Source of the DNA: Naegleria gruberi
Taxonomy: Eukaryota
DNA length: 64,000 bases
Direction: 5' to 3' (one strand)
NCBI GenBank assembly: GCA_000004985.1
Contig: GG738908.1
The notes beneath the pieces were generated by a model, which saw nothing but the letters and a program-made list of their open reading frames with translations, was not told the DNA's origin and did no database searches. The translations under genes were made by a program, and so were the position numbers. This document shows positions 45,193 to 54,768 of this stretch, piece by piece (within the stretch, counting starts at the first letter, position 1; each line of letters starts with the position of its first letter).

Positions 45193-46341
45193 TTAATGGT
45201 TTGGTTTGGCAGTGTTTGTGGATTGCTCGCTACTGGCATCACTGCACGACGCTGATTCGTTATCTGATGAAGTTGAATCATCTTGTTGCTTCTTTTCATC
45301 TGTTGTAGGCACAGGTTTCTTTCTTCCTCTTGGAATTGATCCAGGTTTTCTAGGTCTACCTCTAGGTCTCTTTGGCAAACTTTGTATTCTCAATTGTTCA
45401 GTTTTAAACGATTCCAAAGTATGCATAGAAAAGTTGCATGTCAATGCTGATTCTGGAGATGGTCTATGCCTTTCATGTTTCGAGCTCTTCTTAACGCCTC
45501 CTGATAATACAGGGATTGGAATTTCCTCTCGTTTTGAACTCGATGAAGATGCCCTGGATTGATGTTTTGAAATAACTGTAGAGGATTGGTTCACATGGTG
45601 GGACGAAACCAAATCAATTGCGTTGGATGCATGTTGTTGATTCATGGAAGGGAATGCTTCTTGATGAGATGTGAGAGCATTTAAATTATTCGAAAGGTTT
45701 AAACTGGTGGAAGCGTGTGTAGCTGAGAATAGAACATTACTACCTGCACTACTTTCATGTTGTTGCTGTTGATTATGTAAAGCATTTTGTAAGAGCTGCG
45801 ATACACTTTCATGAGAAAAATCATCTTCAATAGAGGATTTGTGTCCAATCGAAATTGTTTGCTTTAGTGGGTTGACCACCACATGTGTTGACTCATTGTT
45901 GATGTTCAGCTGTACAGAGGGTTGTTGATGATGTGAAGAAGGTATTGGTAACTTTTCCAAAACCATGTATAATTGAAATAATTGCTCTGGAGAAAGCTCT
46001 TTGAGTAACTTTTCTTGAATGTACTGTAAATTGTTATGTGTTGGAATTTGTTGTTGATGTATATTTGGGGAAGCAGATAATGAAGTGGAAAAGGAAACAT
46101 TGGAATAGGTATTATGGAGATAGTTCTCGGCTAAATGACTTGTAGGTTGTGAAAATTGGTGACTTGGTATAGTAACAGTGTTTTGTTGACTAATAGAAAG
46201 GTGTTGTTGCTGTAAGTTTAAATTAGGTGTTGTTGACTGTGTATTGTTGGCATTGAAGGTGTTAGTATTATTATTACTTGAAATTGGAAAGAGAGAATTA
46301 TTATGCTGAAGTTGATTATTGATGTTATCTCTGGGAATCAT
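45193..46341 (-). CDS. AT-hook-containing Gln/Asn/Ser-rich nuclear protein
   Basis: ATG at 46341. C-terminal KRPRGRPRKPGSIPRGRKKP AT-hook motifs; Q/N/S-rich elsewhere. A paralogous copy lies at 48659..49047. Confidence 0.55.
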   Translation of the reverse strand: MIPRDNINNQLQHNNSLFPISSNNNTNTFNANNTQSTTPNLNLQQQHLSISQQNTVTIPSHQFSQPTSHLAENYLHNTYSNVSFSTSLSASPNIHQQQIPTHNNLQYIQEKLLKELSPEQLFQLYMVLEKLPIPSSHHQQPSVQLNINNESTHVVVNPLKQTISIGHKSSIEDDFSHESVSQLLQNALHNQQQQHESSAGSNVLFSATHASTSLNLSNNLNALTSHQEAFPSMNQQHASNAIDLVSSHHVNQSSTVISKHQSRASSSSSKREEIPIPVLSGGVKKSSKHERHRPSPESALTCNFSMHTLESFKTEQLRIQSLPKRPRGRPRKPGSIPRGRKKPVPTTDEKKQQDDSTSSDNESASCSDASSEQSTNTAKPNH

Positions 46342-47543
46342 GTTTGATGAGATTAGTATTTTGAGAGAAAGAATAGTAATTATTAGACAACCTCTTTGAC
46401 GAACGAAACTAGAAGACTACTTGGGTAGTAGAAAGTTCAGTGCACTGCTTGATGTTGTTTCTCTTTTTTAAATTTTTGCAACACAAACAGATTGCAAAGG
46501 CAATATTGAGAGTGGTGATTAAATCCAGAAAAATACAAAGCGATGTTGGCTTTCTTGTCATAATACGACAAAGAAATCTGCAACCATGTCAGAACGCACT
46601 CCACACAGTTACCTCGATTGTCAGTCTCAATTTTCCTACTCATAAACCACATTGCCAAACAACAAGTTGTAGACTACCAATTACCAATACAGGTGTGGAA
46701 GTTACTCTTCAATCTTCTCATGCAAACAACCAAGAAGAAAAATACCTTTAATTCTTAACAATGCTAACATGGTGTCTATCTTCATTTTGTAAATTGTGGG
46801 CCAACCAGATCTTTTGATAACTATTGGAAGCTGGTAGACACTTAATTACGTGTGGGTTGCAATATAGCCAATTGGTTTTGGGGAGGGATTCTTTCATTGC
46901 CACACTTTAGTGTTACGGTTACTGGACTCAATAAATACATATATGTAAATATGTAGGAGGTCCATATTTACTGTTTAAGTTGGCAACACGTCAAGATATG
47001 TCACCGAAGCCCAATACCGCTTACCTGTTAGTATTTTCCAATCCAAGTTGTAGGATGTAAAACAAGTATGACTAAGGTTGACAGGAATCTCCTGCTCCTA
47101 CTACCGAGCTCATTTCGCATTTGCATTAACTTTAAACATCATCTAAGGCAACCTTCATTTCTAACGGCTGTATTCGAAAGCGATTCATTTCTCCCACTGA
47201 ACTTGCTCCCTTCCTTAAACTTCAACTACTTCTAATAATCGATTCAAATTACATCCAAATATGACTATGAAAGTTGGTTCAAGAATAATTTACTAGTTGA
47301 GTTTCCTTTTCAAACTTCTTTTCTCTTGTCTAAATTCTCAATATGGAGAAATTACTCATCAATTTTTATTCCCTACCTCAGGTATTATTAAGAATGTTGT
47401 AACATCAAAATGGCTTCATATGTTTAGAGTTTGGTTCAACAATATCTGAAGATGACCAAAAATTATCCATTAAACAACTCAAAGTTCCTAGCTCTGCAAT
47501 TTGAATATATAAGAAGAGATGCATCATAATTATATTGAGGAAT
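46342..47543. repeat. copy 1 (more diverged) of a ~1 kb conserved non-coding element upstream of the AT-hook gene
   Basis: Conserved blocks (gtgggccaaccag, ggggagggattctttcattg, ttggcaacacgtcaagatatgtcac, cgcttacctgtt, catctaaggcaacc, aacatccaaatatgactatgaaagttggttc) are shared with 49048-50358 and 50409-51333. It ends in agaagagatgcatcataattatattgaggaat just before the N gap. Confidence 0.6.
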
Positions 47544-48658
47544 NNNNNNNNNNNNNNNNNNNNNNNNNNNNNNNNNNNNNNNNNNNNNNNNNNNNNNNNN
47601 NNNNNNNNNNNNNNNNNNNNNNNNNNNNNNNNNNNNNNNNNNNNNNNNNNNNNNNNNNNNNNNNNNNNNNNNNNNNNNNNNNNNNNNNNNNNNNNNNNNN
47701 NNNNNNNNNNNNNNNNNNNNNNNNNNNNNNNNNNNNNNNNNNNNNNNNNNNNNNNNNNNNNNNNNNNNNNNNNNNNNNNNNNNNNNNNNNNNNNNNNNNN
47801 NNNNNNNNNNNNNNNNNNNNNNNNNNNNNNNNNNNNNNNNNNNNNNNNNNNNNNNNNNNNNNNNNNNNNNNNNNNNNNNNNNNNNNNNNNNNNNNNNNNN
47901 NNNNNNNNNNNNNNNNNNNNNNNNNNNNNNNNNNNNNNNNNNNNNNNNNNNNNNNNNNNNNNNNNNNNNNNNNNNNNNNNNNNNNNNNNNNNNNNNNNNN
48001 NNNNNNNNNNNNNNNNNNNNNNNNNNNNNNNNNNNNNNNNNNNNNNNNNNNNNNNNNNNNNNNNNNNNNNNNNNNNNNNNNNNNNNNNNNNNNNNNNNNN
48101 NNNNNNNNNNNNNNNNNNNNNNNNNNNNNNNNNNNNNNNNNNNNNNNNNNNNNNNNNNNNNNNNNNNNNNNNNNNNNNNNNNNNNNNNNNNNNNNNNNNN
48201 NNNNNNNNNNNNNNNNNNNNNNNNNNNNNNNNNNNNNNNNNNNNNNNNNNNNNNNNNNNNNNNNNNNNNNNNNNNNNNNNNNNNNNNNNNNNNNNNNNNN
48301 NNNNNNNNNNNNNNNNNNNNNNNNNNNNNNNNNNNNNNNNNNNNNNNNNNNNNNNNNNNNNNNNNNNNNNNNNNNNNNNNNNNNNNNNNNNNNNNNNNNN
48401 NNNNNNNNNNNNNNNNNNNNNNNNNNNNNNNNNNNNNNNNNNNNNNNNNNNNNNNNNNNNNNNNNNNNNNNNNNNNNNNNNNNNNNNNNNNNNNNNNNNN
48501 NNNNNNNNNNNNNNNNNNNNNNNNNNNNNNNNNNNNNNNNNNNNNNNNNNNNNNNNNNNNNNNNNNNNNNNNNNNNNNNNNNNNNNNNNNNNNNNNNNNN
48601 NNNNNNNNNNNNNNNNNNNNNNNNNNNNNNNNNNNNNNNNNNNNNNNNNNNNNNNNNN
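47544..48658. other. assembly gap (1115 N)
   Basis: Run of N. ORFs predicted inside it are artefacts. Confidence 0.95.
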
Positions 48659-49047
48659 GCTTGATGTTGTAGTAGGTTGTGTGCGCGATTTTGTGTAGTA
48701 ACAACGTTTTGTTGATTAATCGAAAGGTGTTGTTGCTGTAAGTTGTCTATAGTTGAGAACATGTTGCTATTCAACATGTGATGGAGAGGATTCTGTGAGG
48801 ATTGCATGAAACTGGACGAATCACTATTACTCGTTGAAGAACTATTTACACTATTTGTCAACTCTGACCGAATGTCAAATAAGGAGTTTAAACCTTGTGA
48901 TTGTATAAATGTTAAATTAGATGTTATTGACTGTGTATTATTGGCATTGAAGGAGTTTGGATTATTACTGCTTGAAATTGGAAAGAGAGAATTATTCTGC
49001 TGCTTATGTTGATTATTACTATTGATGTTGTTATCTCTGGGAAACAT
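48659..49047 (-). CDS. 5' portion of a second AT-hook-family paralog; the rest lies in the gap
   Basis: ATG at 49047. The N-terminus MFPRDNNINSNNQHKQQNNSLFPISS... parallels MIPRDNINNQLQHNNSLFPISS... of the 46341 gene. Confidence 0.5.
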
Positions 49048-50358
49048 GTTTGATGAGATTACAGAAAGGTAGTAGGAAATCTGCTTTAAAAACTAAATTA
49101 CCTTCTCTCAACCTCTTGGAAGAACGAAACTAGAAGAAACACTCGAGTAGTAGAAAGAGTTCAGTGTTTGATGTTGTTTCTTTTTAATATTTTTGCACCA
49201 CAAACAAGATTGCAAAGGCAATCTGAGCGACGTCTTTTGATGAAATCCAGAAATATACAAAGCGATGGTGGCTTTAATTCCAAAGTAATCTCAACTTCCA
49301 ACCCTGTCATTACGCACTCCACATAGTTACCCCAATGGTCAGTCTCAATTTTCCAACTCAGAAACAAAAAATATAGCCAGAACAAGTTTAAGACAGGTTG
49401 ATGTTACTCGTCGATCTTTTCTCAAGCAAAACAACCGAGAAATAACTTTAATTCTTAACAATGCTGGTCTGTGCGAACATGATTTCTGTTTTATCCAAAT
49501 GAAAGAGATTGTGGGCCAACCAGCTCTCTCTATAACTATTGGAAGCAGTTAGAGTAAATTCAATTGGATTGGCAAGCTTTCATCTTTCATTAAAAATCTT
49601 AAGAGTCCGAGTTTCGTACATGTAAAATCAATGATGAACCTTTCTTAATTGTTCAGAGCAATCGTGGCTACGTAGTCACTGGGTTTTGGGGAGGGATTCT
49701 TTCATTGTCACATATAGTGCTACTGAAATATAGGAAAGTGGTCCTTATTTACTAATAAGTTGGCAATACGTCAGGACATGTCACAGAATCCTAATAACGC
49801 TTACCTGTTGGAATTTCCAGAAACTGTAGGGCGTAAAAAAGCATGACAATGGTTGACAAGGATTCTCCTCCTATTACTGAGCTTTCGTTTCGCAACACGA
49901 ATCAATAGCATTGACTTTAAACATCATCTAAGGCAACCCGCATATCTAACAGCTGAATTGGAATGTATTCCCTCCCACCACAGAACATACTACCTTCCTT
50001 AAACCTCAACTACTTCTAATAATCAAATAACATCCAAATATGACTATGAAAGTTGGTTCTGAATTGTTCAAGGAGAATCCAAGTTGAGTTACCTTTTTAA
50101 ACTTCTTTTCCTTCATTTTCATTCAGCAAATTGGGTATCACTGGAGAAAAGTTGTTTTGGTCTTGTCTCAATAATGGAGAAATTACTTTATTATTCCCAA
50201 ACTTCAGTTATTACCAAGATTGTTTAACGTCCTTATTACTTCAATTGTAATTCTTCGTTGGCTTGTCTAGCTTCCATCAATTGTTGTTTAACCATCATTA
50301 ATTGGATTTTGAACGGGAAATGGTGTCTCTTACGATTCTTTAATAGCCATCTCTTCTT
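49048..50358. repeat. copy 2 of the conserved non-coding element (upstream region of the second AT-hook paralog)
   Basis: Long near-identical stretches with copy 3 and blockwise ~80% identity with copy 1. Confidence 0.6.
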
Positions 50359-50408
50359 NNNNNNNNNNNNNNNNNNNNNNNNNNNNNNNNNNNNNNNNNN
50401 NNNNNNNN
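50359..50408. other. assembly gap (50 N) between two tandem element copies
   Basis: Run of N. Confidence 0.95.
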
Positions 50409-51333
50409 CAAGCAAAACAACTGAGAAATAACTTTATTCTTAACAATGCTGGTCTGTGCGAACATGATTTCTGTTTTATCCAAATGAAAGAGATTGTGGG
50501 CCAACCAGCTATCTCTATAACCTCATCATGATAACTATTGGAAGCAGTTAGAGTAAATTCAATTGGATTGGCAAGCTTTCACGTAGTCACTGGGTTTTGG
50601 GGAGGGATTCTTTCATTGTCACATATAGTGCTACTGAAATATAGGAAAGTGGTCCTTATTTACTAATAAGTTGGCAATACGTCAGGATATGTCACAGAAT
50701 CCTAATATCGCTTACCTGTTGGAATTTCCAGAAACTGTAGGACGTAAAAAAGCATGACAATGGTTGACAAGGATCCTCCTCCTATTACTGAGCTTTCGTT
50801 TCGCAACACGAATCAATAGCATTGACTTTAAACATCATCTAAGGCAACCTTCATATCTAACAGCTGAATTGGAATGTATTCCCTCCCACCACAGAACATG
50901 CTACCTTCCTTAAACCTCAACTACTTCTAATAATCAAATAACATCCAAATATGACTATGAAAGTTGGTTCTGAATTGTTCAAGGAGAATCCAAGTTGAGT
51001 TACCTTTTTAAACTTCTTTTCCTTCATTTTCATTCAGCAAATTGGGTATCACTGGAGAAAAGTTGTTTTGGTCTTGTCTCAATAATGGAGAAATTACTTT
51101 ATTACCAATTTTATTCCCAAACTTCAGTTATTACCAAGATTGTTTAACGTCCTTATTACTTCAATTGTAATTCTTCGTTGGCTTGTCTAGCTTCCATCAA
51201 TTGTTGTTTAACCATCATTAATTGGATTTTGAACGGGAAATGGTGTCTCTTACGATTCTTTAATAGCCATCTCTTCTTGTAATTCCTTGTATAAAACAAA
51301 AATTAAACAAACAGATTGTCCTAGAATTGCAAT
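50409..51333. repeat. copy 3 of the conserved non-coding element, in tandem with copy 2
   Basis: Nearly identical to 49424-50358 apart from a ~100-bp deletion and a small insertion. Continues into the 3' flank of the 7TM gene. Confidence 0.6.
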
Positions 51334-51357
51334 TTGATTAGAAGAGATGCATCATAA

Positions 51358-52678
51358 TTATATTGAGGAATTGATAGAATCATTGTGGTTGCTTAGTAGT
51401 GATGGAGAGGAGAGACCAAGATCATCTGCTGAGGGAGAAGTTGGTGAAACACAAACAATGGCATCTTGTCCATTAATTGGGCCATTAATCATTAATTCCT
51501 GTGGCTCGTCATGAGGTGAAGTGTCTGCGAACGAGGAAGCCAATGTGTTGCTATTTGCAATTTCCCTAGCTGTTTTTAAGGTTGTGGTCTTGTTATTATA
51601 GAAGGTCATTGTTTTGATTGCCTCTTCTGCATGGATAAACATTGGATAAAACATGGACATGCTCAGGGAGGAGCAGACGAGCACTGAAAAACTTGTTGAA
51701 ACTTGCCAAACAATTTTCACAACAGTATTTTCTGATCCACCAACAAGTGTGGCCACTCCTCCAGCAACTATATGGAGAAATACGCTCAATACCATGGCAC
51801 TAATCAGTAGAATAGTGATAAGAAATGGATTGACCTGTCTTTTTACAAATCCTTTCTGTTGTAAAGGTTCTATGTGTGCAATGGAGAGTCTGTGAGTATT
51901 TCTCTTAATTGCCTTAATGACGACAATACCAGACCAAAGGGTGAAAACAGCTTTGAATACTAACATGCAAGATACCACAGCGAATATAACACTATTCGAA
52001 ATTGTAATTGGTGTCTGAGGCAAAATGTCCATCAAGTGAAGGAAATGAAATAGAGAAACAACTGAAACAATAATGAACATGGAGAAGGAAAATAGCCCAG
52101 TGATCACGTACAATCCCTTCTTTAAATTATTGGCCAACTTGGCTGAAAGAGCTTTCGCCCGATATGAAGAATTCAAACTATTTCAATAATAAAATTGGAA
52201 ATGATTAGATGTTGTTAATAAATTACCTTCTCCTTACTTACAATATAGTCTGTACATAACTAATAATCACAAACAAGGTTACAAAACTCAACAACAAAAC
52301 ATAATCAGATGCAGTTGACAACAAGGCATAAACCACATACAGAGCTTTCGTAATATGAAACCCTTCCTCCATTTTCATTCTCAATTCAATCACTACAAAA
52401 TCTGAAACAATCCTCACCACAATATTCACCATCTGAATGCTCATAAATACCGAATTCAGAATGAAGAATTTCTTGGCATTCGTTGACAATCGAATCTTTT
52501 TTAAATGATTCAAGAGAGAAACCAATGCCACACAACAAGCAATGAAACTTGCCAGGAAACCAAATTCAATTCCAATGGAAATACCACTCACTCCAATCGG
52601 AGCAAAATGATCTAAAGAAGTTATATTGACAAAATTTCTTCCGAATTCATCTTTATAAAAGTTAATGTGCTCCGCCAT
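51358..52678 (-). CDS. seven-transmembrane (GPCR-like) membrane protein, 2 exons: join(51358..52177,52242..52678)
   Basis: A 64-nt intron (GTAAGT...AATAG on the minus strand, plus coordinates 52178-52241) joins the two ORFs in frame (...VQTI|F|LNSSYRA...). Seven hydrophobic helices with a Ser/Thr-rich cytoplasmic tail. Confidence 0.5.
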
Positions 52679-53035
52679 TATTATTTGATAATGATGGCTG
52701 TTCAGGTCTTTTTTGTTTTGTTCAGAGATGCAGAAATTACATGATTACCTTCTTGTTTACAATTTTACTTAATAATTGTTGTTGATTGGGAGAGAAAAGA
52801 AGAAGTTTGCTGGGTGTAATCGTTTTGCGCGCTTAAACCTGCCGTTAATCTTTTATTTCAAAAATAAAATTGATAAATAAAAAATATATTTATAAATCAA
52901 TCCCAAAGAAAACCTTCTTTCATGATGATGAGAGAAATATTTTCTCAAGACTGCTTTTTCTCTCCGAGAAAATTATCTTTCGCTCCAGCATGGAAAGTAG
53001 AAAGCCTTCAATCTCCAGGTTGAATTTCTTCCTTT

Positions 53036-54712
53036 ATGCTAACAATTGAATCAAAACTCAACAAAACAAAATACACAACAATATCATCCCTTTCAATGTC
53101 CTTTAATTCATCTTCATCATCAACATCATCATCATCATTGCAAAATAATTCCACAATTGTGTACACGAACATGAATCAATTAAATATTGATATTCTCGAG
53201 TATGTGTTTGAATTTATTCCGAGAGGAATGGACAGGAGGAGAATAACACTGGTCAACAAGGCTTTTCACGATTCCAGATACTTGCTGGAGAAACATGAAA
53301 TGGCTCGGATGTGGCACGATGAGAATACTTGTCTTTTAAATCCTCTCGTGGAAGAAGTGGTGAGTGAAGAAGAATTGGAGACGAAACAGGAAGAATTACA
53401 AATTGCCATACCTTTCCATTTGAAATGGTTTGTAACTGGCTTTACGAATGGTAGAAAGGCATGGTCTAATTCTGTTGTGCATGTTAGTAATTTGTTGGGA
53501 CCTGTCAAATCTTGGAAAATGGACACACAGAATGGTTATGTAGTGTTGGGAGTTGATACTCAATTCTCGAACATGTTAACATTGAGTAGGGATGGAAGGA
53601 TTAGAGTGAATAGAGACACGGTTGACTTTTTTGATTTTGTAACGATGGTAAATCGTCCATTGAATCCAGAATTTTACAATTTTGAAAAGTTTAAAGAAAG
53701 AGTGTACTTCCCCTTCTCAATGACTAAGGGATTTTATAGTATTTTGCCAGACAAGTACAAGTTTGTGGACAGGTTGACCATGCATGCTATTGAATTGGAT
53801 CCAAAATGTTATACTTATGTTCCAGATTATATCAAGAGGATGAAACATATTGCCAAGAAGGTGTTTATTAGAAATCCATCCTTGGGCAGATTAATTCCAA
53901 AAGAAATTTTGGAAGATACAGATTTTGTTATGGATATTTACAAATCATCACAATCAATTCTGTTTTATGCTTCTCCTAAAGGAAAATGGTGGAGTGATAG
54001 GGGTTTTATGATTGAGGCATTGAAGCGTGATGTATGTTTAATAAGAAACTGTTCTGAGGAAATACGGACTGATAGAGAAATTATTGACATGATTATTGAC
54101 ATTGATGCAGCAAGTTCTTTTCAATATATTGGAAAATTCAAGGAAGACGAAGATATTGTGAAAACGGCACTATTTAAATCAAACTTCAAGATTCTGCATT
54201 ATATCAATAGTGATTTTCTACTTAATAATAGAGAACTAGTTCTCACAATACTGAAAAGTAATGGAAAGTATATTAACGAAATGCCAGAGTCAATCAAAAA
54301 GGATAGAGAATGCTTTTTCCTAGCTGCAAGAACGCCTTATTTCACATACAAAGTTCAATCTCTTTACAAAATAATAGAGAGTGACAGAGAGGATTTCAAA
54401 TCAATTCTGCAATTTAATCCGGACCTTTTGGAGAAGACCATTTTCAAACACGACAGAGAGCTCCTTAAAGAGGCTCTTTCACACAGTGGATATTGTCTCA
54501 GATTTGCAAGTGAAGAATTCAAGGCAGATAAGGAACTTGTTTTGACAGCCGTAACAAACAATGGATCTGCCCTAATGTATGCTTCTCCAAAACTCAAAGA
54601 TTGTGAAGAGGTTGTCTTGGCAGCTGTAATGAATAATGGAAAAGCAATTCGCTTTGCTTCAAAGAGATTATCATCCAATCAGAAAATTATCAAATCAAGA
54701 AAGTTAAAGTAA
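53036..54712 (+). CDS. DUF4116-type repeat protein with an F-box-like N-terminal motif
   Basis: ATG at 53036. LNIDILEYVFEFIPRGMDRRRITLVNKAF resembles an F-box. C-terminal tandem ~38-aa repeats ...DKELVLTAVTNNGSALMYASPKLKDCEEVVLAAVMNNGKAIRFASKRL fit the DUF4116 pattern. Confidence 0.55.
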   Translation: MLTIESKLNKTKYTTISSLSMSFNSSSSSTSSSSLQNNSTIVYTNMNQLNIDILEYVFEFIPRGMDRRRITLVNKAFHDSRYLLEKHEMARMWHDENTCLLNPLVEEVVSEEELETKQEELQIAIPFHLKWFVTGFTNGRKAWSNSVVHVSNLLGPVKSWKMDTQNGYVVLGVDTQFSNMLTLSRDGRIRVNRDTVDFFDFVTMVNRPLNPEFYNFEKFKERVYFPFSMTKGFYSILPDKYKFVDRLTMHAIELDPKCYTYVPDYIKRMKHIAKKVFIRNPSLGRLIPKEILEDTDFVMDIYKSSQSILFYASPKGKWWSDRGFMIEALKRDVCLIRNCSEEIRTDREIIDMIIDIDAASSFQYIGKFKEDEDIVKTALFKSNFKILHYINSDFLLNNRELVLTILKSNGKYINEMPESIKKDRECFFLAARTPYFTYKVQSLYKIIESDREDFKSILQFNPDLLEKTIFKHDRELLKEALSHSGYCLRFASEEFKADKELVLTAVTNNGSALMYASPKLKDCEEVVLAAVMNNGKAIRFASKRLSSNQKIIKSRKLK

Positions 54713-54768
54713 CTTATTCGGTTATGCGCATATTAACATTTATCTGGATTTCTGTCAATACCCATCTC

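Noticed and set aside
47463-49047. Long ORFs translating to runs of X (47463..48704, 47519..48664, 47535..48698 and the C-terminal part of 47530..49047)
   Set aside because: They span the 1115-N assembly gap and the translation is meaningless. Only the 48659-49047 portion is real coding sequence.
45193-51333. Could the repeated ~1 kb units be a CRISPR array or a prokaryotic repeat?
   Set aside because: The units are ~1 kb, not 25-50 bp, have no short spacers, and the context is eukaryotic (spliceosomal introns, tRNA and 5S genes). They are tandem segmental duplicates.
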